This document shows, in pieces, positions 63,239 through 64,000 of a stretch of 64,000 bases of DNA (positions within the stretch are counted from its first letter, which is position 1; each line of letters opens with the position of its first letter). A model generated the notes under the pieces. It did no database searches. It saw only the letters and a list, made by a program, of their open reading frames with translations, and was not told where the DNA came from. Both the position numbers and the translations under genes were made by a program. This DNA comes from the human T2T-CHM13v2.0 reference genome, Homo sapiens. The stretch lies in NCBI RefSeq assembly GCF_009914755.1, contig NC_060939.1. One strand, given 5' to 3'.

Positions 63239-64000
63239 CTGTTTGAAAAATAAAGGAAGTGAAGTCTCCATCGCACCCCCTGTCAGCATCCCCAGAGCCC
63301 AGCATTTGTGTTTCCGAGAGGCTCTGGAGCACCACAAGACATCATTCACAGAGGGGCTTGGAAGATGGTATTACCTTTAGACGAAAAACCACCAGGCCAA
63401 GGTGCCTCTTGGCAGGAATTTCAAAGGAAGGGTCGTTTCTGACCAGAGATTCAAAATATTTAGCCATTTCAGTACCCTGGAATTGCAAGTATAAAGAGAA
63501 CTGAGATTAATCATCAGACAAGAGACTATGCATAAACTTTCAGACTGCTAAATGGTTTTAAACCAGGGCCATCTTCCCGTCACAGCCGTTGTAAGCGGCT
63601 TCTGCCTCATTGTCATCTCCATTTGATTTTGCTCATATTCCAAGCTGGAAAATTTCCAATGGCGCCCTGTTTCCTGTCACATGGGATCCACCTCGAGAAC
63701 TCATCTCAGGGCCCTCTTTCAACTCAGCCCCAGAACCCAGAAGGCATGTGCTTTGCAGTCCAGGCAACCCGGCCTCAACTCCTGATTTCACAGCTCCTTG
63801 ACTGGCCAAGTGGGCAAGTGAGGGCCAAAACCCAGTCCATGCTCTGCGTTCCCAGCCAGGTGCCTCATGCGAGCTGCGTGTGCCTAAAGGAAGAGATGCC
63901 TGTTTGTAGTGCACATCAAGTTGCCATATGGGCTAGTGGCGGCCCTGCCCCATCCTAAGCCTACATGCTTCACTTGCCTCTCAAACCTCTTCTCACCCTG

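Noticed and set aside
63239-63349. N-terminal part of the 285-aa HDC ORF (MNDVLW...FFKQ)
   Set aside because: Intronic read-through upstream of the true acceptor at 63239-63240.

Overview
Human (primate) genomic DNA that I recognise as chr15q21.2. The window holds the complete 10-exon SLC27A2 gene (FATP2 / very-long-chain acyl-CoA synthetase) on the + strand. It has a CpG-island promoter at ~2.2-3.2 kb, ATG at 2649, TGA at 56342-56344, and a 1863-nt CDS (620 aa) with all introns GT-AG. The last exon and 3' UTR of HDC (histidine decarboxylase) converge on it from the - strand (stop 62492-62494). The rest is repeat-rich intronic and intergenic DNA: ~35 Alus, a full-length sense-oriented old L1 (L1PB-like, 19-bp TSD) nested in a HAL1-like element in intron 4, LTRs, hAT/TcMar MITEs, a Y1 RNA retrocopy, a tiny RPL10-like retrocopy and microsatellites. 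I found no new protein-coding system; the extra ORFs are Alu, L1 or CpG-island shadows. The most unusual signals are three locally templated insertions. (1) A 100-bp, 99%-identical inverted copy of the L1's own ORF2 sits inside its (TG)n(TA)n tract with an iterative-synthesis scar. (2) A short inverted copy of an Alu junction lies across another TA-rich tract near exon 4. (3) A ~205-bp direct duplicate brackets exon 2. Also noted: a perfect antisense splice donor upstream of the promoter, a PPRE-like DR1, candidate cryptic exons in intron 1, and a MITE that begins 3 nt after the HDC stop codon. Repeat subfamily names are from recalled consensus sequences and their boundaries are approximate.
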